A stretch of DNA of 61,581 nucleotides from Gemmatimonadota bacterium (GCA_037382905.1 JARRPL010000002.1:1-61581), one strand, 5' to 3'; positions 12,397 to 22,569 are shown, counted from the first letter of the stretch. The notes: generated by a model not told the origin, from the sequence alone. Made by a program: numbers and translations.

Positions 12397-13106
12397 GGAG
12401 TCTCCTCCCAGGCTGCACCCTCCAGAAGCTCCCGGGTCTCGGCGACCGCCTCCTCCCAGATCCGAAGCATGACGGCGTCCGACATCTCATAGTCCCCGCC
12501 GAAGCTCCCGTCGCCCAGAACCCGTCGCACCTCCAGCGGGTCGGAGCGCAGCGCCTCGGTCAACTCCACCGGGGGCTTGGTCTCCTCCGGAGGCTCGACA
12601 CCCGAGGGCCGGGTCCACGGGAAGGACTCCATCCAGTTGGCGTGGCTTCCGTGATCGCCCGCCGCCTCCACGGCTCGCCGGGTCCGGGGAGCCCGCCACC
12701 AGTGGTGGAGTGCCGCCTTCACCCCGGGCCGCTCCCGGCTCCACCGCTCCACGGCGCGGCCCACCGGCGCGTTTCCGCCGTGGCCGTTCACCAGGAGGAT
12801 CCGACGGAAGCCCGAGTCGGCCAGGCTGTCCAGGACATCCACCACCAGCGAGGCGTAGGTGCCGGGCCGAAGGGTCACGGTTCCCGGATATGCGGCGAAG
12901 TACGGTGCCAGGCCGTAGGGGATGGCGGGAAAGACGGGGACCCCCAGGGGCTCCGCGGCGTCTACCGCCACCCGCTCCGCCAGGACCGCGTCGGTGGCAA
13001 GGCTCAGGAAGGCGTGCTGCTCCACGCTCCCGAGGGGGAGGACGGCCCGGTCATCCTCTCGGAGTCGGGCTTCCATCTGCATCCAGTTCATGTCTTTGAC
13101 GCGCAT
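12393..13106 (-). CDS. Creatininase (creatinine amidohydrolase) family protein
   Basis: LPLGSVEQH, TD, NGHGGN, HA..E motifs; 4-nt overlap with the SDR gene; start at MRVKDMNW. Confidence 0.9.
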   Translation of the reverse strand: MRVKDMNWMQMEARLREDDRAVLPLGSVEQHAFLSLATDAVLAERVAVDAAEPLGVPVFPAIPYGLAPYFAAYPGTVTLRPGTYASLVVDVLDSLADSGFRRILLVNGHGGNAPVGRAVERWSRERPGVKAALHHWWRAPRTRRAVEAAGDHGSHANWMESFPWTRPSGVEPPEETKPPVELTEALRSDPLEVRRVLGDGSFGGDYEMSDAVMLRIWEEAVAETRELLEGAAWEETP

Positions 13107-13183
13107 CGATCTGGCCCTTCCTTTCCGAGTCGGGGGACTGCTGTTCGAGGGCGGTGGCGCGAGGCGGCACCGGTCGGCGGGGG

Positions 13184-14341
13184 TCAGCCCGGGGTCCGCT
13201 TCCGGACGGCCGGGTCCAAGGCGGCCCGGGCGTGCCGGAGAATCGACTGTTGTGCCACCGGAAGGGGAAGGCCCTCCACCTCCGGTGGCGTGAACCAGGA
13301 GGTGCCCGCCGGTGGCGGGGCGTCCACCGCCCACCGCACCAGCACGGGATGATAGGTGATTCGCAGGTGCGTGAAGGCGTGGGGAACGGGCGGCAGGACC
13401 AGCGTGTCGTCCCCGGGATCGCCCCGATGGTTCGGCCCATGGTCGGGGCCGGACCCCAGGGCCTTTCGGGCATGGTCCACCGCCGGTCCGGGTCCCGAGG
13501 GGTCCTCCACCGCCGATCCGGGGAACTCGTACATCCCCCCGAGGAGCCCCTCGGCGGGACGCTGCCGAAGCGCGAACTCCACCGTCCCGTCGATCGGTCG
13601 CCAGGCCACCGTCACCACCTCAGCCCCTGTCCGCACGGCGGCCCGCTTCCGGGGCGCGGGCCGCTCCAACTCGGTCCCCGCCGCCCGGGCCCGGCACAGC
13701 GCCGCCGCCGGGCATCCGCCACAGGAGGGCGTCCGGGGGGTGCAGACGGTGGCCCCCAGCTCCATGAGCGCCTGGTTGAAGTCCCCTGGACGGTCTTCCG
13801 GGACCCAACGGCCCACCTCCCGCTCCATGGCCGCGGGGCTCGGGTCCGGCCAATCCAGGAGTCTCGACGCGACCCGCCGAACGTTCCCGTCCACAGCGGG
13901 AACCGCCTCGCCAAAGGCGATGCTGGCCACCGCCCCGGCGGTGTACGCACCGATCCCCGGGAGCGCTCTGAGGCCGTCCCGGGTGTCCGGGAGACGTCCC
14001 TGGAAGGTCTCCCTCACCACACGGGCCGCCCGGTGGAGATTCCGGGCCCGGGAGTAGTAGCCCAGCCCTTCCCACGCCTTGAGGACCTCTTCCTCCCCGG
14101 CGCACGCGAGCGCCTCGACCGTGGGGTAGGCCTCCATCCACGCGCTCCAGTAGGGGACCACCGTCTCCACCCGGGTCTGCTGGAGCATGATCTCCGACAC
14201 CCAGATGGCGTACGGGTCGGCGGTCTCACGCCAAGGAAGCCGGCGGGCCTCTCCATCGAAGAAGGCCAGGAGAGCCTCACGCAGGCCCTCCACATCCGAG
14301 GGATCCAGGGCTGGCGCGGGACCGTCGGCGGAGTGAGTCAT
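13184..14341 (-). CDS. mutY: A/G-specific adenine DNA glycosylase
   Basis: LPWR, WVSEIMLQQT, WEGLGYYSRARN, LPGIGAYTA, VDGNVRRV, Fe-S motif C-x6-C-x2-C-x5-C, C-terminal HAFTH. Start uncertain. Confidence 0.95.
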   Translation of the reverse strand: MTHSADGPAPALDPSDVEGLREALLAFFDGEARRLPWRETADPYAIWVSEIMLQQTRVETVVPYWSAWMEAYPTVEALACAGEEEVLKAWEGLGYYSRARNLHRAARVVRETFQGRLPDTRDGLRALPGIGAYTAGAVASIAFGEAVPAVDGNVRRVASRLLDWPDPSPAAMEREVGRWVPEDRPGDFNQALMELGATVCTPRTPSCGGCPAAALCRARAAGTELERPAPRKRAAVRTGAEVVTVAWRPIDGTVEFALRQRPAEGLLGGMYEFPGSAVEDPSGPGPAVDHARKALGSGPDHGPNHRGDPGDDTLVLPPVPHAFTHLRITYHPVLVRWAVDAPPPAGTSWFTPPEVEGLPLPVAQQSILRHARAALDPAVRKRTPG

Positions 14342-14442
14342 GGGCGAGGGTACCCATCCGCCCGGGAGCGGTGCCGAACCCACACGACCCCCGCCGGGTA
14401 GTCCGAACGAGTCCGTCATCGGCACCTGAGCCAGGGAGTCCC

Positions 14443-15735
14443 ATGCGCTTCACCCGCTACACCAAGTACAAGGGAGGGTGGCTCGACGCGCTCAACCTCG
14501 AGTCCCTCCTGGAACAGATGTCCGACTTTCTCCTGAACGGGGGCTTCGCCGGAGGTCCCAACTATCATCCCTACTGGGGCTGGAGCGGGGTGGAGGACAC
14601 CTCGTCGCTGGATGCCCTCAAGAACGCCCTGCTGAAGGCGCTCCTCGAGAGTGGCGAGCTCACGCCGGAGATGATCGAGGAGCTCCGGGGAGAGGGGGAA
14701 GGGGACGCCGACGTCCAGGCGGAGATCGCCAGGCTGCTGGACGAGCTCATCCAGCGGATGGTGGAGGAAGGCTACCTGACGCTGGAGAACGGCACCCCCT
14801 CCATGCCCGGCGGCGTCCAGGACGTCACGGGCCAAGGGAAGATCGACGAGGCGAAGGAGGCGGCCCAGCAGGTCCAGTTCAACCTCACCCAGAAGGGGAT
14901 GGACTTTCTGGGGTACCGGGCGTTGAAGGGCCTTCTTGGCGCCCTGGGCAACGCTTCAGCAGGCTCCCACGACACCCCGCATCTGTCCACGGGGATCGAG
15001 GCGGAGGCGGCGTCGAAGCCCTACGAGTTCGGGGACACCATGAACCTGGACATCCCCGCCACCTTGAAGAACGCCATCGAGCGCGAGGGGCTTCAGGTCC
15101 CTCTGAATCTGGACTACTCGGACCTCATGGTCCATCAGGCCGAGTACCGGTCTTCCTGTGCCACCGTCCTCATGCTGGACATCTCCCACTCCATGATCCT
15201 CTATGGCGAGGATCGTTTCACCCCGGCGAAACGGGTGGCGCTGGCCCTGTCCCACCTCATCCGCACCCAGTTCCCCGGCGATACGCTTCGGGTGATCACC
15301 TTCGGGGACCGGGCGGAGGAGATCCCCCTCTCCCAGCTCGCCAAGGCCCAGGTGGGCCCGTTCCACACCAACACGGCCGAGGGCTTCGAGCTGGCGCGCC
15401 GCATCCTGACGTCCCAGAAGCAGGACATGCGCCAGATCATCATGATCACCGACGGGAAGCCCAGCGCCGTGACCCTTCCGGACGGAAAGGTCTACACCAA
15501 CTCCGGGGGGCTGGACGCCTTCATCCTCAAGAAGACCTTCCAGGAGACGGCCGCCTGCAGGAAGGCGGGGATCCTGATCAACACCTTCATGCTCGCCCGG
15601 GACCCGTATCTGGTGCAGTTTGTGCGAAAGGTCTCGGAGATCGCCCGGGGCAAAGCCTACTTCACCAGCACGGTGACTCTGGGTCAGTACATCATGATGG
15701 ATTTCATGAAGCGTCAGCGGAGGCGTGTCGGCTGA
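14443..15735 (+). CDS. VWA (von Willebrand factor A) domain protein
   Basis: MIDAS motif DISHSM, HTNT, MITDGKPS; SD GGGAG before ATG 14443. Confidence 0.88.
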   Translation: MRFTRYTKYKGGWLDALNLESLLEQMSDFLLNGGFAGGPNYHPYWGWSGVEDTSSLDALKNALLKALLESGELTPEMIEELRGEGEGDADVQAEIARLLDELIQRMVEEGYLTLENGTPSMPGGVQDVTGQGKIDEAKEAAQQVQFNLTQKGMDFLGYRALKGLLGALGNASAGSHDTPHLSTGIEAEAASKPYEFGDTMNLDIPATLKNAIEREGLQVPLNLDYSDLMVHQAEYRSSCATVLMLDISHSMILYGEDRFTPAKRVALALSHLIRTQFPGDTLRVITFGDRAEEIPLSQLAKAQVGPFHTNTAEGFELARRILTSQKQDMRQIIMITDGKPSAVTLPDGKVYTNSGGLDAFILKKTFQETAACRKAGILINTFMLARDPYLVQFVRKVSEIARGKAYFTSTVTLGQYIMMDFMKRQRRRVG

Positions 15736-16781
15736 CTGACAAACCGACCATCCGGCCGGGCGTCGAGCGGGAGCCCTGGGGAAGGCTCCCCGACGGAGAG
15801 GAGGTGGAGCGCTTCACCCTCCGGAACCGGAACGGTGTCACGGCGAGCGTATCGGCCTTCGGGGCCTCCCTCGTGTCCCTCCGGGTCCCGGACCGCGACG
15901 GTGCGTTGGGCGAGATCCTCCTGGGGCTCGACACTCCCGCCGCGTACCAGTCCGACCGGCACTACTTCGGCTCCACGGTGGGCCGGTTCGCCGGTCGCAT
16001 CTTCCGAGGTCGGTTCGCCCTGGACGGGGTCCTCCACCAACTCCCCATGAACCATGGCGATCATCACCTCCACGGGGGCGACCAGGGATTCAGCCACCGT
16101 CTCTGGTCCGCGGAGGAGCGGATCACCTATCTGGAGGTGGGGGTCATCTTCCGACGCCGCTCCCCCGACGGCGAGGAGGGGTACCCTGGCAACCTGGACG
16201 TGGAGGCGGCCTACTGGCTCGACGACCGGGACCGGGTGCGAATCGAGTACCGGGCTCGCACCGACGCCCCCACCCACGTGAACCTCACCAACCACGCCTA
16301 TTTCAACCTGGCGGGACGGGGCAGCGTGGCGGATCACCGGCTTCAGCTCCGGGCCCGAACCTGGATCCCCACCGACGCCGAGGGCATTCCCATGGGCGGG
16401 GTCAGCCCCGTGGCAGGGACGGACCTGGACTTCACGGAACCCGCGCCGATGGGCGCGAGGTCCGTGGGCATGGCCTACGACCACAGCCTTCTGATCCAGG
16501 GGTGGGACGGGACGCTCCGGGAGTGTGCCCGGGTCCAGGACCCCCGGAGCGGCCGGACCCTGATGGTCCACACCACCGCGCCGGTGGTTCAGTTCTACGT
16601 GCCCGACTTCCCGCCGGGAACCCCGGGGCGGGACGGCGGCGAATACCGGGGGCGAGCCGGCTTCTGCCTGGAGACCCAATACCCTCCCGATGCCCCCAAT
16701 CGTCCCCAGTTCCCCTCTACCCGGCTGGATCCGGGGGAGGAGTGGAGCTCGACGACGATTCTCGAGTTCGGTACGACCTGA
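15732..16781 (+). CDS. galM: Aldose 1-epimerase (galactose mutarotase), probable CTG start
   Basis: GRFAGRI, HHLHGG, DGEEGYPGNL, NLTNHAYFNL, YDH, FCLETQ..PDAPN. No in-frame ATG/GTG lies between the VWA stop and the conserved N-terminal WG.LPDG..V segment. Confidence 0.88.
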   Translation: MTDKPTIRPGVEREPWGRLPDGEEVERFTLRNRNGVTASVSAFGASLVSLRVPDRDGALGEILLGLDTPAAYQSDRHYFGSTVGRFAGRIFRGRFALDGVLHQLPMNHGDHHLHGGDQGFSHRLWSAEERITYLEVGVIFRRRSPDGEEGYPGNLDVEAAYWLDDRDRVRIEYRARTDAPTHVNLTNHAYFNLAGRGSVADHRLQLRARTWIPTDAEGIPMGGVSPVAGTDLDFTEPAPMGARSVGMAYDHSLLIQGWDGTLRECARVQDPRSGRTLMVHTTAPVVQFYVPDFPPGTPGRDGGEYRGRAGFCLETQYPPDAPNRPQFPSTRLDPGEEWSSTTILEFGTT

Positions 16782-16784
16782 GGG

Positions 16785-18614
16785 CTACCAGAACCTCACG
16801 TACAGCGCCACGGTGGCCAGCACCACGAGCACGCCTGCCACCCGGGCACCCGCCGAGGGCACCAGCTCGATGTCCGGAGTGTGCTCCACCACGTCCTCGT
16901 CGGTCTTGGGCCTCAGCAGCGTCATGACGGTCAGGATGGCCAGGACGATGAAGAAGGCGATGGCCATGCGGTCCAGGAAGGCGATGCTGGGCACGGCCAG
17001 CTTCAGTCCGCCAAAGATCACCGGGCAGACCAGGAGACCCACCGTCCCGGACCACCGGTTGGCCTTCCGCACGAAGAACCCGAAGAGGAAGACCGCCAGG
17101 ATCCCGGGGGAGATGAAGCCCTGGAACTCCTGGATGAAGGTGAAGATGCCGCCGAAACGGGGATTCCCCAGGAGGGGTGCCAGGAGGCATCCGAGGGCGG
17201 CGAAGATCGCCACCGTGGTGCGGCCCGTCACCACCAGCGCCGTCTCGCTGGATCCCGGCCTGAAGTACCGGCGCCAGAGATCCATCGTGAAGATCGTCGA
17301 GGCGGCGTTGAGCATCGATGCCAGGGAGCTCACCACCGCCCCCAGCAGCGCCGCCAGGATGAAGCCCTGCAACCCGATGCCCGCTGGGACCAGGCGACCG
17401 ATCAGGAGGGCCAGCGCCGTGTCGTACTTGTAGCCCACCAGCCGGACGTGGGCCACGTTCAACCCCACCTGGGCTTCGATACGCTCGTTGTGGGCGTCCA
17501 GAGCGGGAACCCGCTCGGGATTCGCCTCGGCCCAGGCCCCGTCGTAGTCGAAGACGATCGGCGGCGCCTGGGGATTCCCCTGCACCTCCTGGAACTGGAC
17601 CCAGGCCGCCTCGTTCCCCGCCAGGATCTGGGGGTCCCGAGCCGCCTCGTCGGCCATCTCGTCGCTGAAGAGATTGAAGGCGGCGATCCCCGGGAAGACG
17701 ATGACGAAGGGGATCAGGAGCTTCAGTGCCGCGGCGAAGACCGCCCCCCGCTGCCCCTCCGCCAGCGACTCGGACCCCAGCGTGCGCTGGATGATGTACT
17801 GGTTGAGACCCCAGTAGTAGAAGTTGGGGATCCAGAGCCCCAGCGCCAGCGCGGTCCAGGGGAGAACCAGATCCCAGGCCGGCAGCGCCATGTGGAGCTT
17901 GTCCTCGTTCAGCGCCATCAGCTTGGTCCACCCACCGGCGCTGTCCGCCACCCCCGGGGCGGTGGTCGTGAAGGTGAGCTCGTCCACGGGGCTCGCACCC
18001 AGGGCCCGGAGGGCGAGAACCAGGATCACACCCCCCGCGAGGATCAGAGCGGATCCCTGGAGCAGGTCCGCCCAGGCCACGGCCTTCAGCCCACCGGTGA
18101 CCACGTAGAGAGCGGCGATGATCCCGATGATCCAGGCCGCCGTGACGAGGCCCACCGCGGGAAAGAGGGTGCTCAAGGTCAGGGCACCCGAGTAGATCAC
18201 CGCGGAGATGGTGACTCCCACGTACATGATCATGGTGAAGACGGCCATGATGAGACGGGCCGACTCGTTGAAGCGGACCCGGAGGAACTCGGGTGCGGTG
18301 TACACGCCGCTCTGCAGGAACTTGGGGAGGAAGAAGAAGGCCACTACGACCAGGGTCACCGCGGCCATCCACTCGTAGCTGGCGATGGCCAGACCGATGT
18401 AGTCCGCCGCCTGCCCCGACATTCCCACGAACTGTTCCGTGGAGATGTTGGCGGCGATGAGGGAGAATCCGATGAGCCACCACTTCAGCCCCCGTCCCGC
18501 CAGGAAGTAGGACTCGCTGTCCTTCTCGTCTCGACTCTTGGACAGCCCCAGTCCGACGACGGTGACCACGAAGAGGACGAAGACCCCGACGTCGACGAGG
18601 GAGAGGGAGATCAT
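16785..18614 (-). CDS. Sodium:solute symporter (SGLT-like sugar transporter)
   Basis: YFLAGR, SLIAANISTEQFVG, GGLKAV, NQYIIQR, SSLASMLN; about 14 hydrophobic helices. Confidence 0.93.
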   Translation of the reverse strand: MISLSLVDVGVFVLFVVTVVGLGLSKSRDEKDSESYFLAGRGLKWWLIGFSLIAANISTEQFVGMSGQAADYIGLAIASYEWMAAVTLVVVAFFFLPKFLQSGVYTAPEFLRVRFNESARLIMAVFTMIMYVGVTISAVIYSGALTLSTLFPAVGLVTAAWIIGIIAALYVVTGGLKAVAWADLLQGSALILAGGVILVLALRALGASPVDELTFTTTAPGVADSAGGWTKLMALNEDKLHMALPAWDLVLPWTALALGLWIPNFYYWGLNQYIIQRTLGSESLAEGQRGAVFAAALKLLIPFVIVFPGIAAFNLFSDEMADEAARDPQILAGNEAAWVQFQEVQGNPQAPPIVFDYDGAWAEANPERVPALDAHNERIEAQVGLNVAHVRLVGYKYDTALALLIGRLVPAGIGLQGFILAALLGAVVSSLASMLNAASTIFTMDLWRRYFRPGSSETALVVTGRTTVAIFAALGCLLAPLLGNPRFGGIFTFIQEFQGFISPGILAVFLFGFFVRKANRWSGTVGLLVCPVIFGGLKLAVPSIAFLDRMAIAFFIVLAILTVMTLLRPKTDEDVVEHTPDIELVPSAGARVAGVLVVLATVALYVRFW

Positions 18615-18713
18615 GGGAGTCGGCCTCCGGGAAGGGCCAGGGGAAGAGGGGAGCGAGGCGCTCGGATCATACCGCCGGCGCCAGGGAAGGGAAGCCCCGA
18701 CGAGAGACCCCCA

Positions 18714-19139
18714 TCACCAGGCGGACACGATTCGGATCGCCACGCTGACCCCCCAGGCGACCAGGCCGAGAAAGAGAACCACGAGACCCAGTTGTTCCGG
18801 AGAGGACACCGTCTTCAGGACCCGCCGGGTCATTCGGTAGGGCACCCCCGGGTCGTCCGCGCCCCCCGTCCCTCGGTGGCCGCGGGAGGCGGAGCGGACC
18901 ACCCGGGCCCGGGCCTCGGCGGAGGGTTGCAGCTCCGCCCGCCTGGGCTCCCAGACCGCCAGAAGACGCCCGAACGTTCCGTGGGACGCATGGGGGCCCC
19001 GGTGACCCCGGGCCCGGGCGCACCGGCGATCCACGCCCGGCTCCGGCGCCCCACAGCGGCGTCCCGGCAGCCGTGACGCGGGCCTGAGGTGGCGGAACCG
19101 GTGGAGGCGTTCTCCGTGCTCGAGCCGTGTCAGATGCAT
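18714..19139 (-). CDS. Small hypothetical membrane-anchored protein with a Cys/His motif
   Basis: Fills the gap between the GH2 and SSS genes on the same strand; C-x10-C-x4-GHxGxH-x2-H motif and a C-terminal hydrophobic helix. Confidence 0.55.
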   Translation of the reverse strand: MHLTRLEHGERLHRFRHLRPASRLPGRRCGAPEPGVDRRCARARGHRGPHASHGTFGRLLAVWEPRRAELQPSAEARARVVRSASRGHRGTGGADDPGVPYRMTRRVLKTVSSPEQLGLVVLFLGLVAWGVSVAIRIVSAW

Positions 19140-19156
19140 CGTTCGATCCCCGAGGG

Positions 19157-21625
19157 CTAGCGCCCCGTCAAGCGAAACCCCACCTCATCGCCGTCCAGGC
19201 CCTCCCCCCGGGCCCGGAGCCGGACCTCCCCGGCCTGATGCTCCGCCCCCACGATGACGACGGCCTTCCCGTGAAAGAGGTCCACGTAGTCCGCGTGCAT
19301 GGGCTCGAAGTTCCTGGGGTTCCCGTTCCCCACCCCGGCGATCCGAGCGGGCCCCTGGAGCTCCAGCGAGATCCGGTCGTCGGCGAGAGGCGCAGGATTC
19401 CCCGCGGCGTCGAAGGCCTCCACCAGAACGTAGGAAAGGTCCATTCCGTCGGCATCCAGGGTGGTACGGTCCGGCGTCAGTCGGATCTCCACCGGCTCAC
19501 CCGCGGTGCGGACTGTGGCCTCGCCGATCACCTCGCCCTCCCGGTACGCCACCGCCCGGATCTCGCCGGGCTCGAAGACCACCTCGGGCCACATGAGGCG
19601 GGACCGCTCCTGCGACACCTCCGAGGTGGGGTCCTTGCAGTCCATCCCCTGGGAGGCACCGTTCAGGAAGAGCTCGCCGCAATCCCCGTTGGTGTAGACG
19701 AAGACCGGCACCTCCTGCCCCACCCGCTCCGGCCAGTTCCAGTGCGGGAGGATGTGGACCGTAGTGGAGTCTGGAAGCCACTGGCTCCGGTAGAGCCAGT
19801 AGCGGTCCTTGGGGATCCCCACCAGGTCCACGGCGCCGAAGTAGGAGCTGCGGGAAGCATCATCGGGACCGTAGCCGAACTCCTCCATGGCATCGTTGAA
19901 GTACGGAGTCGGCTCCCCCAGGTAGTCGAACCCGGTCCACACGAACTCCCCGGCGATATAGGGCTCCTGCTGCTGCCACATGAAGTCGTCGTCCAGCACC
20001 TCCGCCCACCAGGGCGCGTTGAGATCGTACGAGCTGACCTGGAGTGCGTCCGTGAAGTCGGTGGGGTCCTCCGGCAGGGGGAGCTCGTAGAAGCCCCGGG
20101 TGCTCAGGGTGGAAGCCGACTCGCTGATCACCACCGACTTGTTGGGTTCCATGCGCCGGGCCAGCGCCCAGCGCCGGGAGTAGTTCCAGGCGAGGACGTC
20201 GTAGTAGTCGAAGGCCCGGCGAACCGGGGCCTCGGGGTCGTCGTTGACCAGGGTGACGGGCCGGGTGGGGTCATAGCGGCGCACGTAGTTCACCATCGTG
20301 TGCAGCTTGTGGAAGCCCCCGTCCACGTTCCACTGCACATCCCCGATCTCGTTCCCCACGCTCCAGAGGAACACCGAAGGGTGGTTCCGGTCCCGGCGCA
20401 CGAAGTTGCGCACGTTTCGATGCGCGAAGTCGTCGAAATCCGTGTCCGGTCCGATGTCGGCCTTCCCGTCGTACTTGTCGAAGATCTCGTTGAAGACCAG
20501 CAGGCCCATGCTGTCCGCCATGGCCAGCACCTCCGGGGCCTCCACGTTGTGGGCGGTGCGAATGGCGTTGATCCCCATGGACTTCATGATCTCGAGCTTC
20601 CGCTCCATGGCCCGAGGGTGGAAGGCGGCTCCCAGGGGGCCATGGTCGTGGTGCAGGTTCACACCCTTCAGCTGGACACGGCGATCGTTCAACCAGAAAC
20701 CGTGGTCCGGATCGAAGCGGATGGTCCTGACCCCGAAGGGGGTGTCGTAGACGTCCCGGATCCGGCCCCCGGCGGACACGGTGGTCTGGGCCGTATAGAG
20801 GACCGGATCTTCCACGTCCCATCGGCGCGGGTTGTTGAGGGGGACGCTCACCTCGAGCTGAGCCTCGGCGCCTGCGACGAGCGTGTCGGCGACCTCGCCG
20901 CGGGCCACCACCCGCCCTTCGGGGCTCCGGATGGCCTGCTCCACCGTCACCACCGCCGCAGCCTCCGATGCGTTCCGTACCGAGGTGCGGAGCCGGACGT
21001 CGGCGTAGTGGGGCTGCACCACCGGCGTCGTCACCCACGTGCCCCACACGTCCACGTGCACCGGATCCACCGCCAGCACCCGGACCTTCCGGTAGATGCC
21101 GGCGCCGGGATACCAGCGGCTGTCGTGCTCCCGGGTGTCGGCGTGGACCACCAGCAGATTCTCTCCCCCGGGATCCAGGTGATCGGTGATGTCCAGATAG
21201 AACGACATGTACCCGTAATCCCAGGACCCGGCCAGCTCACCGTTCACCCACACCCTGGGCGAGGCCATGACACCATCGAAGACGAGATAGACCCTCCGGC
21301 CCTCCCAGGCGCCGGGGACGTCCAGGGCACGCCGATACCATCCCTGCCCGCGCCAAGGGAGCTTCCCGGTGTTGCCGTCGCCCTCCTCGAGGAACGGGCC
21401 TCCGATGGCCCAGTCGTGAGGCACCTGGACCGTCTCCCACCCCGAGTCGTCGAAGCGAGGGAGGTGGGCGTCGGGCTGTTCGCCCCGGGCGAAGCGCCAG
21501 CCTGTCTGAAGTACCCTCGTCTCCCTGGGAGCCGGGTCCTGAGCCTGGGCCGGGACATCGAACGCGGGGCTCAGCACCAGAAGCAGGAGCGGGATGAGGA
21601 CTCGGGCTGCGGAAATCAGGTTCAC
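19157..21625 (-). CDS. Secreted glycoside hydrolase family 2 (beta-galactosidase-like)
   Basis: Signal peptide, VPHDW, FDGV, SRWYPGAGIYR, LKGVNLHHD, RDRNHPS..WSVGNE, WTGFDYLGEPTP; GTG start with GGAG SD. Confidence 0.93.
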   Translation of the reverse strand: MNLISAARVLIPLLLLVLSPAFDVPAQAQDPAPRETRVLQTGWRFARGEQPDAHLPRFDDSGWETVQVPHDWAIGGPFLEEGDGNTGKLPWRGQGWYRRALDVPGAWEGRRVYLVFDGVMASPRVWVNGELAGSWDYGYMSFYLDITDHLDPGGENLLVVHADTREHDSRWYPGAGIYRKVRVLAVDPVHVDVWGTWVTTPVVQPHYADVRLRTSVRNASEAAAVVTVEQAIRSPEGRVVARGEVADTLVAGAEAQLEVSVPLNNPRRWDVEDPVLYTAQTTVSAGGRIRDVYDTPFGVRTIRFDPDHGFWLNDRRVQLKGVNLHHDHGPLGAAFHPRAMERKLEIMKSMGINAIRTAHNVEAPEVLAMADSMGLLVFNEIFDKYDGKADIGPDTDFDDFAHRNVRNFVRRDRNHPSVFLWSVGNEIGDVQWNVDGGFHKLHTMVNYVRRYDPTRPVTLVNDDPEAPVRRAFDYYDVLAWNYSRRWALARRMEPNKSVVISESASTLSTRGFYELPLPEDPTDFTDALQVSSYDLNAPWWAEVLDDDFMWQQQEPYIAGEFVWTGFDYLGEPTPYFNDAMEEFGYGPDDASRSSYFGAVDLVGIPKDRYWLYRSQWLPDSTTVHILPHWNWPERVGQEVPVFVYTNGDCGELFLNGASQGMDCKDPTSEVSQERSRLMWPEVVFEPGEIRAVAYREGEVIGEATVRTAGEPVEIRLTPDRTTLDADGMDLSYVLVEAFDAAGNPAPLADDRISLELQGPARIAGVGNGNPRNFEPMHADYVDLFHGKAVVIVGAEHQAGEVRLRARGEGLDGDEVGFRLTGR

Positions 21626-21672
21626 GCGTGGCTCCGGGATGGTGCGGGGAGGACCCGGGATCGGGCAGGAGG

Positions 21673-22569
21673 TCAGGGCTGGCGGGGCAGGGTGCGGCCG
21701 ACCACCACCGTGATGTTGTCCGTGCCGCCGTCGTCCAGGGCCTCCTTCAAGAGATCCGACGCCACCTGCCGCGCGCTCGTCATTGCCCTCAGGTGCTCCT
21801 CGATGCGCTCGTCCGACACGTGCTTGGTCAGCCCGTCGCTGCACATGAGGATGACGTTGCCCCAGTCCCGTACCACCCGGGTGACCACCGGAACGGCCTG
21901 TTCGCCGCCCACGGCGCTGGAGAGCACGTTGGCCCAGCGGGTCTTCTCGGCCTTGGTCCGGGACATGATCCCCCGGTCCACGAGCTCCTGAGCCAGCGTC
22001 TGGTCCCGACTGATCTGGGTCAGCGAGTCACCCCGCAGGATGTAGCAGCGGGAATCTCCGACCTGCAACAGGTAGGCGTGGGGCCAGAACCCCAGAAAGA
22101 GGGTGAGGGTGGTGGCGAAGGTGGGCCCTCCGCCCTCCTCCCTCCCCTTTCGCAGGAGCTTTTCGTGGCACGTGAGGGCTGCGTGGTGGAGGAGCTTCGA
22201 GAACGCCTCGGGATCCCGGCTCTCCGCCAGTCGGGCCTCCTCGAAGGAGTCGGCCACCGCCGAGACCAGACCCCGCACGGCCATACGGGCCGCCTCCCCT
22301 CCCCCGGCCGCACTGCCCACGCCGTCGGCTACCACGGCCAGGGTGGCGGCCCGGTCCAGGTCGTCCGGCGCCTCGGCCTCCTCCTCGGCGGTCACCACCC
22401 GGATTTCGCCGTTCTCCCGGGCCAGGCCCCCCACGAAGAAGTAGTCCTGATTCTCCTCCCGGACCTTGCCCACGTGGGTCACCCCCCAGGCGTCGATGTC
22501 GGAAAAGCGAGGACGTGTCTCGTCCTCGCCGCCCGGCATCCCCGCCGCCCTCCGTCCGTCGTGGGTCAT
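21673..22569 (-). CDS. PP2C-family Ser/Thr protein phosphatase
   Basis: GKVREENQD, VADGVG, VGDSRCY, CSDGL, GGTDNIT. Confidence 0.93.
   Translation of the reverse strand: MTHDGRRAAGMPGGEDETRPRFSDIDAWGVTHVGKVREENQDYFFVGGLARENGEIRVVTAEEEAEAPDDLDRAATLAVVADGVGSAAGGGEAARMAVRGLVSAVADSFEEARLAESRDPEAFSKLLHHAALTCHEKLLRKGREEGGGPTFATTLTLFLGFWPHAYLLQVGDSRCYILRGDSLTQISRDQTLAQELVDRGIMSRTKAEKTRWANVLSSAVGGEQAVPVVTRVVRDWGNVILMCSDGLTKHVSDERIEEHLRAMTSARQVASDLLKEALDDGGTDNITVVVGRTLPRQP

Noticed and set aside
14478-16781. 767-aa ORF as an extended or fused GalM
   Set aside because: The first ~418 residues are an off-frame reading of the VWA gene; only the part from 15732 is GalM-like.
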